Of a DNA stretch of 64,000 nt, positions 53,050 to 64,000 are shown in pieces. This DNA is from Ophelia neglecta (Eukaryota): NCBI GenBank assembly GCA_965285935.1, contig OZ260662.1, positions 109,430,001-109,494,000 on the forward strand, read 5' to 3'. The position numbers and the translations under genes were made by a program. Under the pieces are notes generated by a model that made no database searches, was not told where the DNA came from, and worked only from the letters and a program-made list of their open reading frames with translations. Every line of letters starts with the position of its first letter. Position 1 is the stretch's first letter.

Positions 53050-53771
53050 CTTGTGGAACTATTTAAGTAAGAGGTTAAACCAAGAAACATCAAGTGATTA
53101 TTAACCCTCAATGCTTTGCCTTGATCTGTTAGATATCGGAGTGTTGCAGTGCAGACTCGTATTTAGCCAATTAGGCTATTTATTAATAAATTAATAATTC
53201 TATTTCTTGTAGTCAAACTGCTCTCAGTAAGTGCTAGGATACACATTCCGTGTCCAATGATAATGTTGTGATTTCATTTAAAGGACGCCAATACTAACAC
53301 AATGGGATTGGACAGTGCGAGTTATAGGGAACATGGCAAGTTTGGTGTAATGTGGCTGATTCGACCGCAGAGGAATAATTATCAAAATTGATGTGGGTCA
53401 TGGAAAGTTTTAAATCGGCTTGCCACTAGATTTAATAATAGTGCCTATAGCATATACTGGTTGTGTGCTAACCTTCTGTCCATCCTCCCCCCCCCCCCCC
53501 ACACTCCCAGCCGGGTTGCCCCAAAAGTGGTTTGCAAACACTTATCCGATCAATGGCCGTAGGATTGACACTTCAATTCCAAGGCCGACACGCTAACAAC
53601 TACGATCTGAAGTACACTGGTAGTTTATTGATCGGCGCACATTATGAATACTGATGAGTTGTGCGCTTAACTACTGGTTATACAGCCCAAACAGAAGGGT
53701 ATATCAACTATTTCTCCTGTGAGGGATCACACATTTTGTTTCATAATTTTTGTGCAAAGTCTTGTTTCGTA

Positions 53772-54653
53772 ATGTCGTGTTGTTGTTGTGCCGGCGGTGA
53801 AGTGGGGCCTTCAGAAGGTGCAGTGGTCAAGAAAACGAGTATTGACTTCGATATCCCTGTACAAGCTCTCACATTTGACACTAAACGCCAGAGACTGGTG
53901 GTCAGGAGCCTGGATACCACTGCCCCAATCAAGGTGTTTAGCCTCGATGGTATACTACTACAGGAGATGGGAAAAGATGTGGACGGAATCATCCATCCGT
54001 GGCGCTTGGGATCTATATCTATTGACACTAAACGCGACCTATATATGATCCCATGTCTAGGCTACCTCCAACTACTAGATACGGCGAACGGGGCTGTGCA
54101 GGGAAGTGTCCAGGTAGGACAGACGCTAGGTGGTGTGGCCTATGTAAATGAGAGCGACTCCTATGTAGTATCTGACAGAGATGAAGTGCATCATTTCTGG
54201 GGCGATATCTTCGTGATAAACGCCAGCACCAAACAGGTGATCCTAAAGATTGGGTCACCTGAACATTCGAGAGGAATGTTCAAAGCTCCAGTTGATCTGT
54301 GTGTGGGGAGAGTAATTGGTATTGATACTCCTGTTATAGTTGTCAGTGAAGCTTCCCATAATAACGGAGCTGTAGTTATATGTGACATGGGGGGAACGCA
54401 CATCATGAAATTTGGAGGCTTGGATACCCCGGCTGGAGCAGCAATAGACGCTGCTGGACGCATCATAGTGTCTGAATCCGGCTCCCGGAGAGTTGAGGCT
54501 CACTGGGTTGAGAATGGCCAGAACAAGCGGCACTGCCTGCTTAATACCGGCTACTGCACCATACCATTGCGTGTGGCTATAGATCCTATCAAGGGAGCAA
54601 TGGCGGTTTTGATGGGCCCTAAAAAGGTTGAAATTTACCACACAGTGGGTTAG
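53772..54653 (+). CDS. Stand-alone NHL-repeat-like beta-propeller protein with N-terminal Cys cluster
   Basis: First ATG gives MSCCCCAGG. Blade-like motifs FKAPVDLCV, GLDTPAGAAIDAAGRIIVSESGSRRVEAH, PLRVAIDP, GSISIDTKRDLY. Resembles the C-terminal NHL region of TRIM-NHL proteins. Confidence 0.8.
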   Translation: MSCCCCAGGEVGPSEGAVVKKTSIDFDIPVQALTFDTKRQRLVVRSLDTTAPIKVFSLDGILLQEMGKDVDGIIHPWRLGSISIDTKRDLYMIPCLGYLQLLDTANGAVQGSVQVGQTLGGVAYVNESDSYVVSDRDEVHHFWGDIFVINASTKQVILKIGSPEHSRGMFKAPVDLCVGRVIGIDTPVIVVSEASHNNGAVVICDMGGTHIMKFGGLDTPAGAAIDAAGRIIVSESGSRRVEAHWVENGQNKRHCLLNTGYCTIPLRVAIDPIKGAMAVLMGPKKVEIYHTVG

Positions 54654-56217
54654 GATTGGTAGTTATAATGACAGCGATGTATATATTCATATACATGTGA
54701 CTGCATGGAAAGGTATACTGATTATAAACCTCAGTACTCGTCAAAATGGAATACGAGTATTTGTTGGATATTGTTTAGTTTTTCTATTCCAATAGGTAAA
54801 TATTGGCGCCCTTAATATCAGAAGGAGGACCCAAGAATTACCCGACGATACATGTTGAATTCTGATATAAACTTTATGAATTTCAACAGAATAAGTTTTG
54901 AATAGTCAGTGAACATCCATGTCATTTTGTTTACTACTGTACAGGCTTAATGCCAATTAGTGCTTAAATAATTGTATATAAATGATATTAGTTATATATA
55001 CTTAGTTTGCTAAACATTATATATTTGATGAAATAAACTACTGCGCGTCTTACAATTGGGTTTATCTACTGCTACCGTGAAAAATACAAAAATATATCCT
55101 GTGTTTTAGTATATATTGATATAAGATCATTTCAGATTGATGTAGCAAAGCCCTATTCGGCAAAACCTCTTGAACTTATCAGGCAAAGGACTGTAAATTT
55201 TATGTAAGCTTGGCTGAATTTATTTGCACTGAGCCTAGGGTACATATCGTATTTGAATTCAAGCATCTGTAAATATACAAGTCCCATATAAAAGGCTGCA
55301 CAATTGTCAACAGGTAATGTTTGTGCTCTATAAGAGTAGGACGACAACTGGGAGGCAACCTTTGTATCACACTTTGAATCATATTCAAACATCACGCAAA
55401 GTATGTATCTACAATCTTCCACAGAATACGGTCGATATATCAAAGGCATACAAGACATAGGGAAATATTAATAAATGATTCGCAAGGAATATAACACATG
55501 ACATTTTCACAAACCTAATCATGTTTGATGCTCCCATGTTTTATGCTCAGCGGCTGTTCCTGAAATATTGCGGGTATATTGCGAGTTATTAGTTTTCGGG
55601 GAGGGGGGGGGGGGTGCGGGAGGGGTGGGAGGAAGGGGGTGATGTTACAGTTGAACCTAGAGGGAATGTCTTGATTAATTAAGTAATTAAAACTTCTATG
55701 CTTCAACTGCGAATGTTTCATCATTCATACTGTGGCTCTTCTCACATAACGTCATAAGTCCAGCATGTTTTAGTAAGATTGGAAACAATGTCAGCACTGG
55801 GTACGGTATGTATATGTAAGATGGACCGATTAACCGGAAATCTACATTACACGACTTGTCTAGTTGTTTGCTCTCTCTAGTCCGCATGCGCCGATCTAGC
55901 GACATTTATGGAGTTCGTTTGCAAGCATATAAACACCCATTTGCTATACCTACAATGAACTGACACTGACAAATAGATCGTATTGCATACATTAAGGCCA
56001 TTATCTCTTTACAAAAAAATTTCCGTCCAGCAAGAAGCAGCCATCTATCGAGACTATCGATCGTCCCATTGACAACAATAATGCAGTTTCTTTACTTTGA
56101 ACCTGCCTCTTACAACTTTTATATTAAATTTTTTCAAGTTAATGCGTGGTAAATATGCACACATGATTGCAGACTTTAGAGATACTCATCAAAGGTTGGA
56201 CTGTATTTTGTTTTTCA

Positions 56218-57268
56218 ATGGAGTCCATGATAATTCCAACAATTTTTGACAATTCCACACGATCCACCGAGGAAGGGCTAGTGCCAGATACATCAGGATG
56301 GGCTTTATGCATTATGTCAAGCCCTTCGTTGTAGTGTCTGGCATCATTTGTAACGCGCTGGCGATAGTCATGATGAAACAAACTCCAACATCGACCAGTT
56401 TGTATATGGTAAGGCCACGCTATTCTAAAACTTTAACCCTAGTGCTATCCGTACTGGACAATAAGCTTCCCTTGGTGTTTTCATTGATATTGAAGCATCG
56501 AGTATGACAATGTGCAGGGAAATGACATATTTTATTTCTTTGTTCTCTCATATTTCGTCTTGGATTCTTATACAATACTACTGTAGAAAGATATCTGGCT
56601 GTAGTGCTTTCGTTAAAGCAAGTAAGGTTGTTAGCAAAAATGATCAAGCACCTATTGGCCAGACTTTTTTCGCCGTGCTTGCTGTTGTTTATGTCTACGT
56701 GATGGTATTCACGCCGCTCTGATCTCTAATTGGAAATATTATTTGCAATTGGAAAAATCACATGTTTCCAGGATTGTTGGAGGCATTATAACCATGTATG
56801 TTGTCACTCTGCCCTCCAGTTATTGGAAAATAATGATTATCATAGTTTAAAATGTTTCATTGTACAGAGACATCATATGGCTAAGCTATGCAAGCACATT
56901 CTGCCTCTGGGTAGATCAGCTATCAGAAATCAGTGTCAGCCACCTTCATCTTTATAGGCGCTGTATATATGAGGTGTACACAGCACATTATATGCGCACT
57001 GCTCTGTATAACAAATGCTGCCCCGACCGAAGTGGTTAAATATAAACTGTAATTGCCACTTGTGGTGGATGCAGGTAAATTATTGCCCTCTTTTAATTAC
57101 ACTGTGCGTTTTTTCCTGTGTGGCCTTAGAGGAAATATATTTAGAAGACAGCTGAAAGCCATGCTGTGTGCACCAATTCTAAGTATTCAATGTCAAGGCG
57201 AACCCAACTTCGGTAAGAACGTCTCGCCTATAATGAGCGAAATGAACAAATCATGTGACATTGGATAA
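56218..57268 (+). pseudogene. GPCR pseudogene C'
   Basis: Paralog of 25542-26507, broken across ORFs 56298, 56504, 56730 and 57053. Confidence 0.85.
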
Positions 57269-57604
57269 CCCAAACATAAACAGGCAAGTGGCTACGATCT
57301 ACCCAAGGTTTTGGAAATCACGCTATAGTCCAAAGATTAAACTAGTACATTATCTTTAAGTTTTTCTATCGAAATATACTTTTTTCCTTAAAATAGTTGA
57401 TAATCACTAACACGACATATTGGCAACTGTCTGATTTTGTCCGTACACTGTAATCTATTGAATTGATTGTGTAAACACAAATGAAATATCGTATATCGGT
57501 ACAATTCATTTTCTCATTGATAAAACTATAGGAATTATTAGTTTTGGTTATCTTTGCTGAACTATGTATATTATCGTAATATATTAGTATTATCGTAATA
57601 TATT

Positions 57605-58013
57605 AGTGGCCATAGAAGCGTTGGATCTGGCTTTATTTTCCGTTGTTCCATCCTGCATAATAGTGACTCTAAATTTGGCTATTCTCTACAAACTGAAAAT
57701 GTCAAAGTCAATAGAAGGAATCTTGGCGTTGAACAACACTAGTTATCAGAAATCGCTTACCATCACCCTTATGTGTGTCAGCTCAGTATTTGTCCTCTGC
57801 ACCTTACCACTTACATGTGCTTTGCTGTATTGGGAAACTATGCCAGTCAGTGGCCCGGATGTGTTCGACACGACATCAATGTTCCTGAGGGAGGTGTTCA
57901 TTACATTAATGTACGTAAATTATAGTGTAAATTTCTTTCTTTACTGTCTAGCTGGTAAACGTTTCAGGGCTGAACTGAAGAACATATTTTGTCAATGTGG
58001 AAACCTTACTTGA
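57605..58013 (+). pseudogene. 5'-deleted GPCR D' (TM5-TM7 only)
   Basis: 135 codons nearly identical to the C-terminal part of D. About 1.77 kb of upstream sequence is deleted and there is no ATG start. Confidence 0.88.
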
Positions 58014-58075
58014 TCTAGTTTTTTTTTACTAGGGATTGCCAGAAGAGTCGCCAACAATGTACAAAAAGTGAAAAT

Positions 58076-58270
58076 TACTCTTTCTCCTTCAAAACGTCAA
58101 TTATAGCGTGATTTTCTTTATACTGTCTGACCGGCAGTCGGTTTAGAAAAGAGCTCAAAGACATGTTCTGTTCTTTGAGATGCAACTACGGTGATCGGAG
58201 TGCCACTCCGGGCCTGAAATCCTTATCTGCTAAGGTACATGTTCAAAATTTACAGGTTACCAAAAAGTAA
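58076..58270 (+). pseudogene. GPCR A' 3' fragment (TM7 + tail)
   Basis: Matches 15337-15535, with a small deletion and an earlier stop. Confidence 0.85.
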
Positions 58271-61200
58271 ACGAATACCTTATTCGCCGTGTTTCATAAT
58301 CACGTTTATTAGCAACTTGTGGGTCTTTTAGCATTGAGTTGTATTGTTCTGTTTTTTTATTTACATATAACGAATACAATTCTACCTGAACCAGCAAAAA
58401 ATACATTGCGTCAGCTACTCCACTTATGTTTGTATGGACTGAATAATCAATGATATACTCTCCAGTCACCAGCTACTCAGCAATTATCAGAATAATCATT
58501 CCATGTTACATACAAGGTGTAATATACGCTATATATAAGTATGCTTAAATATATTTATACATATTCGTGGATTTAAGGCTGGCTATATTAGCTGTTATTT
58601 ACGCTTGTATTGCTTCTAGAAAATCTAATTATATTAACCTACATGTAGATACGCTATATATAAGTTTAAGTTTGGTGTATGCTTAAATATATTTATACAT
58701 ATTTATGGGTTTAAGGCTGGCTTTATTAGCTGTTATTTACGCTTGTATTGCTTCTCGTAAATCTAATTATAGTAACCTACATGTAGATACGCTAAGAACC
58801 AGAAACTTTTCATCTGAAGCCTAGTTAACTACGAGTTAACAAACTGAAAGCAATTAATATTTTTGTGATTAATATGTAGTAGTTTATTGAGAAAAAGAAG
58901 TAATTTGTTTATAGTAATACTTTTCATATCACCACGTGTGTCGCTTTATCAAAATGGTAAATTAAGCTCTAATAAATAAGATACTTGATTTTAGACAATA
59001 TCATTGTTTTTGGTATTTTTATAACTCAAAGAACAACCCCCTGCTCTCTTAGGCTTTATTGAAGTCTTACTGCTTATTTGCTATTGATGCTTATTGTACC
59101 AGACCATTGTTATATGTGTAGTTATACCCCCATCATCCAAATCCATTATTATCTTTATGTTGAACGATTTCGTGGCCTCCTTAACAGAAACGCCATTACT
59201 ACTAATCAACATTACCATTCTAAAACAAAAAAGGTATTGTCTGTTTGTGTGCATGGCGGACGGTGGCAGTGTCATATTACAAATAAGCGAATTAATGGAG
59301 CAGGTTTCTAATGTCAGTAGCAGAGCTGGCCTATACACATTTACTATATCAAATATTAACACAAATAGATATGGGGCGATGTAGGTGGACTTTCGTGACG
59401 ACAAGCAGGGCGAATAACAAGCATCGTAATTAAAGTCAATATGTTCCTTCGTGTTCACAGAACCTGGTACATTAATAAATTATCGCAATATCAATTTATA
59501 TGACTGGCAACAGCTAGCAGTAACAAGAGAATTTGATTTAAGAATTGCCATTTCTCATAAAAAAAATCCCACAAAGAGCCGAATTATAGCGAAAAGGAGA
59601 AGCAGCAATTGGCAAATGTTTAAATAATTTTAACACGATGACCAATTACGTTAATTAGAACTATAGTACTAAGAGAAATCACTGTAATATAGAGAAATAT
59701 GTGCGTAAGGGGGTGGGTTGGCGTTGGTGGATGTGGCAGAAAACTCTATGATATGTTTAACATCACAGCATAAAACAACCAAACATTCCTGGAGTAGCCT
59801 AATCACTCATTTCTTAAGTAGTATCCATTCTTCGAGCTGGTGAAAATTGACTTAGTGCAATACCACAGTTGATCAATTTGTTTAATTAACAAAATATATT
59901 TCATCCCCCAATTAATCCAGTTAGATCAATACACATGGGCTTGTAGAATCTGTAGCTAGTGCCATTTTACATTATAGGTTTTTTTTTAAATCTATTTGCT
60001 TGCAATGAAAAAAAGATAAACGCATTTGTAGATTAATACCAATGAGACTTTGGGTCGTTTTCGTGCGACGGAATAATGATTGTGAACGCATGTTTGTAGA
60101 CTAGAATATGTGTTATATTTTATTTATATATAATGATGTTTATTACGCATAGTATAAGGCGTCCAAATGGAACGTACCCACTGGCATTGTGTGCTGTCAG
60201 GTTTAAATATCCTATCCATATTGCCATATTTTAACATTTAATTATTGGTTTTTAAGTAACACATATGCATTAAATTTGCTACCTGTGACTTGGGTGATGC
60301 TTGCAGACAAATATATGATTTATATTTACCGCAATGCATGATGTGCTTTTGATTGAGACTTTTCATCGAGCGACATCATTAGTAGAACTATAAAGGTAAA
60401 ACGTCTATTATCTTGTCTTTGATTTGCAGAAATTGGGATAACTCCAGCTCACTCTATTTATACGTCGGCTGTACTGATGAGGGAGTGCCCCCCCCCCCCC
60501 CCGCCCTCGCCACTAGAAACATTACAACATCCGCAAAAATAACCATTAGTTGGCCATGGATACACACATTGGAAGTAAATATTTTATGATAAAAAATTGT
60601 GCAATTGTCCAGTACAGCATTCAGCCAGAGTCTGTGCGGGCACATCGCAGCGCAGTCAGAATGCCTTAAAGCTAAAAGAGGTAGCACGAAATTGTAAAAC
60701 CCCTTCGGCCCGAAAACAGCGGTGAATAAAAATGCATCAGCAAGGCATCATATCGAAAAGACAAATCAGTGAAAGCATTTCGGGAACTCGATTAATCAAC
60801 GCTGGCAATACGTGTAACATTTTTATTTATTTTGATATTGTTATGGTGATTACAAACATATGCTGTATTGAAATGGATAGGAAAAGTCTATAAAAACAGT
60901 CGATTACGCCCAGGGATGTATCATATACTCTGAACAAGTATTGACCCAACCAGTTCATCAGTGCGGGGTTGCCATTCATTAATTACTCACTCGGATTGAT
61001 TACTGGGTAAACTTATATATCATGGATTCTAATACTAAGCTGATACCACAATTTGACATTGGTCACATGCAAGATGTACTGTTGGTCCTTAATTTATTCA
61101 TATTATAAAACGCAAATGATGAGCTGTTAATGTATATATATTATTTATTCATAAATACTTATGCGTTACTTTGTCCCCGTTACTTTGTCCCCCATATCGG

Positions 61201-61439
61201 ACAAGGAGTGGATGTAAGTCATCTACCCCCTTCCCTTTTTCCCTATTAGTCAACATTTGACGCCCAAAGTACAAAATACCTACCAGAGGGGCCTTATTGT
61301 TAATGGCTGACAATTGGACGCTCTCAGCTATGGTACTACCAGCACATTTTCACATTTTTGCATCTCAAACTGACATTATACACAGAAATTGAGCAAAGAC
61401 TACTCTCTGTTGGATACATAGGGGCGAAGCACAATTAGT

Positions 61440-61610
61440 CCGCAGCACTGGGAAGTGTTTATCTGTTGTTTGGCGGTTGTCTATTTTTATGTAGCCACTT
61501 TTCCGCGTGGATCCTTGTTAAAATAATAATCCAGAGATTTGTGGCCATAACATTTCCTTTCAAAGAGGCAGTACTCTTTCCCAGACGATGGCCCGGTTGA
61601 GAATTAGATT
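61440..61610 (+). pseudogene. GPCR TM3 fragment (paralog of 20920-21075)
   Basis: FLCSHFSAWILVKIIIQRFVAITFPFKEA. Confidence 0.8.
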
Positions 61611-61800
61611 TGAATGTAGAAATTCTAACTTCTGTTGCCACCATATTATGGATATTATTCCATGTCACAACACCTTGATATTTCATAGTTCTTTAGGTGA
61701 GAGAATAAACATTTTGGCACATGTAATTTTGTGCTGCTTCTAGTACAATAACTATGAAGTTCACTATTTATAGTGAACATTTTAAAGAGCAGCAGACGTC
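61610..61800 (-). mobile_element. Degenerate LINE ORF2 C-terminal fragment
   Basis: Minus-strand translation FTINSELHSYCTRSS.KLHVPK...KYQGVVTWNNI resembles LINE ORF2 C-termini. The sequence is absent from the paralogous block. Confidence 0.5.
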
Positions 61801-62510
61801 AGATAATATTGTTTCTAGTACCGAAGACTCCTGGGTTGGTGTAAGGGTGAGTAAAGTTAAGTATGGTGAACATGCCATCCAGGGGTCTTCCAAACCTTCT
61901 ACAACGGTATAATTTACGATTGTGTTTATTATACACATATCAGAATAATGACAATATATACCTGGCCGGGTTTTCATCAATGCCTCGCTCTTCATAAATA
62001 ACGCATTAAATATCAACGTTAAATATGATATAGCTCTAAAATCTGCTCATACTACTCGTGATTAAGATGTATGATTCAACGGATCATAAACACAACTTGT
62101 TACAAGCTCCATCACTAAGACAGATCGCTAATGGAGATCTCAGACGTAATAACATTAAGCACAATCAAGAAGTAAAGAGATGATTTACCAATTAATTGAC
62201 TTACATCTCGTCTGTATCAATGAATACAAAATATATTCTGGCTGACATTGAAAATCACCAAGAAACTGTAATTTGATCATTGAACTAATAACAAGTTGAG
62301 TGTTATACAAGTTGTGTTGATAGAATGCATTCATGTCCAGGCAACACGTTTGTTTCCCATTGTTAAATCATATTAAGTGACTAGACATGTTAGTGCGAGC
62401 TAAGGCCACACTATTATTAATGTTCCTTCATGTCGATCAGCATATTATAGACATATTCCTGCATTACTCAGGGTGTCAACAATTACACATCGCCCAGCCT
62501 TTCACAGGTT

Positions 62511-63527
62511 TTATAGGCGTGACATTGTGGTCAGCGAAGGTTGTGTAGGTACATTGGCATCCCTTTTTCTTGATGCGCAAAACATTGCTTTCATTTCTCT
62601 CCTAAATCTACTTCCCGTCAGACAATACATGTAAAAGTTTACACTGTAATTGATGGACAGTAATAAATAACTAACATCATAAATGATTAACAATTCGTTT
62701 TCATACTTAACGAGGTCTGCCGATGCTGCATTGATTCTATATAACTCCATACAAGTAAAGGGGAGGGTGCACAATATGAAAACAAAGCTCACACACAACA
62801 CTGTGACTGTAGCGGATTTCTGATGGTTGTTCTGTCCAGTTGAGTACTGTTCTGTAAATGCCTTTGAAATATGAAGCTTATATATAATAACCAAATTTAA
62901 TGATATAATTATTATTGAAGGGCAGAGTGACAATAAAAATAGATCCAATGCCGCGACCAACCTGCCTGCCTTTGAATCACTCCAATTGCATACCTCATTG
63001 TATCCAGTCTGTGTTTTCAGCGACGAAAACAGCAATACGGGTAGATCAATCACAGCAAGAACGGCAAAACTAATAAAAAGTCCAATAGTGACTTTTGATT
63101 TTGTGTATACCCGAGCAGGCTTAAGTGGAAATACAACAGCGACACATCTTTCTACTGTTATACTCACAAGAATCCATGAAGAAAAATGAGTGAATAAAAA
63201 CAGCAAATATGACATTAGTTTGCAAAATGCTATACTAGCTACTCTCAACTCAATTGTAAAAGTGAAGAACAGCCAATTATATAGCATTGAGATCACTAGG
63301 TTTATCGTGTCTGTAATTGCCAGGAGTATTAAATGCAAACTGATCGAGGCCGATCTCAGGGATTTTCTCATCATAACCACGGCAGACAAAGAGTTACCAA
63401 TGATACCAACCACAAAAACGACTGGCAATACATAGCGTGTCATGCTCATCCTATATGTGGAGCTGGTCTCTTGTTCGGTGGATACTGTAGAATTTCCAAA
63501 CTCTGTTGGAGTGGCCGTAGAATCCAT
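62511..63527 (-). CDS. Class A GPCR B' (intact paralog of B)
   Basis: 338-aa ORF with the same length and motifs as 22421-23437. Confidence 0.95.
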   Translation of the reverse strand: MDSTATPTEFGNSTVSTEQETSSTYRMSMTRYVLPVVFVVGIIGNSLSAVVMMRKSLRSASISLHLILLAITDTINLVISMLYNWLFFTFTIELRVASIAFCKLMSYLLFLFTHFSSWILVSITVERCVAVVFPLKPARVYTKSKVTIGLFISFAVLAVIDLPVLLFSSLKTQTGYNEVCNWSDSKAGRLVAALDLFLLSLCPSIIIISLNLVIIYKLHISKAFTEQYSTGQNNHQKSATVTVLCVSFVFILCTLPFTCMELYRINAASADLVKYENELLIIYDVSYLLLSINYSVNFYMYCLTGSRFRREMKAMFCASRKRDANVPTQPSLTTMSRL

Positions 63528-64000
63528 TGTAACACAAAATTTAGTATTCCTTACGCGTACCGCTATTCTTTAGTACTTCCAGCTAAATATTATTATTGCA
63601 TACAGTCACACGTTGTCACGGTGACTCATGATCACTTTGGGGTGTAAGCTGTTTGTAATGATCCCAATGAAAGAGCTGAATAATGTTGGTAAATGTAGCA
63701 TCTGCTTGCACTGCTTCGTGAGTATTGACTTTGTTAACAGATCAATACTTAGGACATTGTTTGATGCATTAAAATCCAAACACCATAACTATCGTGTGTG
63801 CATTAGACGTTGAGCAAATGGGTTCCTTATCTGCCCTTTATCTATGCCAATGCGAACTGCAAACAACAAATTGACACCGCAGGTTGTATGCTCGAAAGTG
63901 AGCAATACCAGAAGACATTATCTCATGTCGAAAATCTGACAGAACCTCCTGCTATGATACATTACTTTTGCCTGCGGACTTTATCATACTTGACGAAATG

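Larger units (their letters stand above)
44369..55459 (+). repeat. Segmental duplication copy 2 (TLR + NHL cassette)
   Basis: Colinear with 29328-43269. Confidence 0.93.
55825..63835 (+). repeat. Rearranged duplicate of the GPCR cluster
   Basis: Approximate matches: 55825-57578 to 24943-26890; 57605-58042 to 28661-29098; 58076-59290 to 15337-16550; 59290-61615 to 19685-21075 with insertions; 62430-63835 to 22340-23770. Confidence 0.9.

Overview
Eukaryotic, AT-rich animal DNA that looks like a marine invertebrate, probably a lophotrochozoan; the species cannot be fixed from sequence. There is one 150-N gap (847-996). Positions 1-14 kb are non-coding and rich in MITEs and minisatellites. Positions 14.5-29.1 kb hold a cluster of single-coding-exon class A (FMRFamide-receptor-like) GPCR genes: A(+), B(-), pseudo-C(+) and D(+). 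A 5'-truncated CR1/L2-type LINE lies inside this cluster. Two direct copies of an 11-14 kb cassette follow (29328-43269 and 44369-55459), each carrying a Toll-like receptor followed by a stand-alone NHL/beta-propeller gene. Copy 1 has a 2-bp frameshift in both genes; copy 2 is intact. From 55.8 kb to the end is a rearranged second copy of the GPCR cluster (pseudo-C', truncated D', truncated A', intact B'). The most unusual element is the TLR. Its TIR domain lacks the BB-loop Pro-Gly and the conserved alphaC Glu. It is also split by an in-frame 267-bp insertion bounded by a 9-bp direct repeat (TACAATGAG) that reads GT...AG. All paralog comparisons were made by eye.
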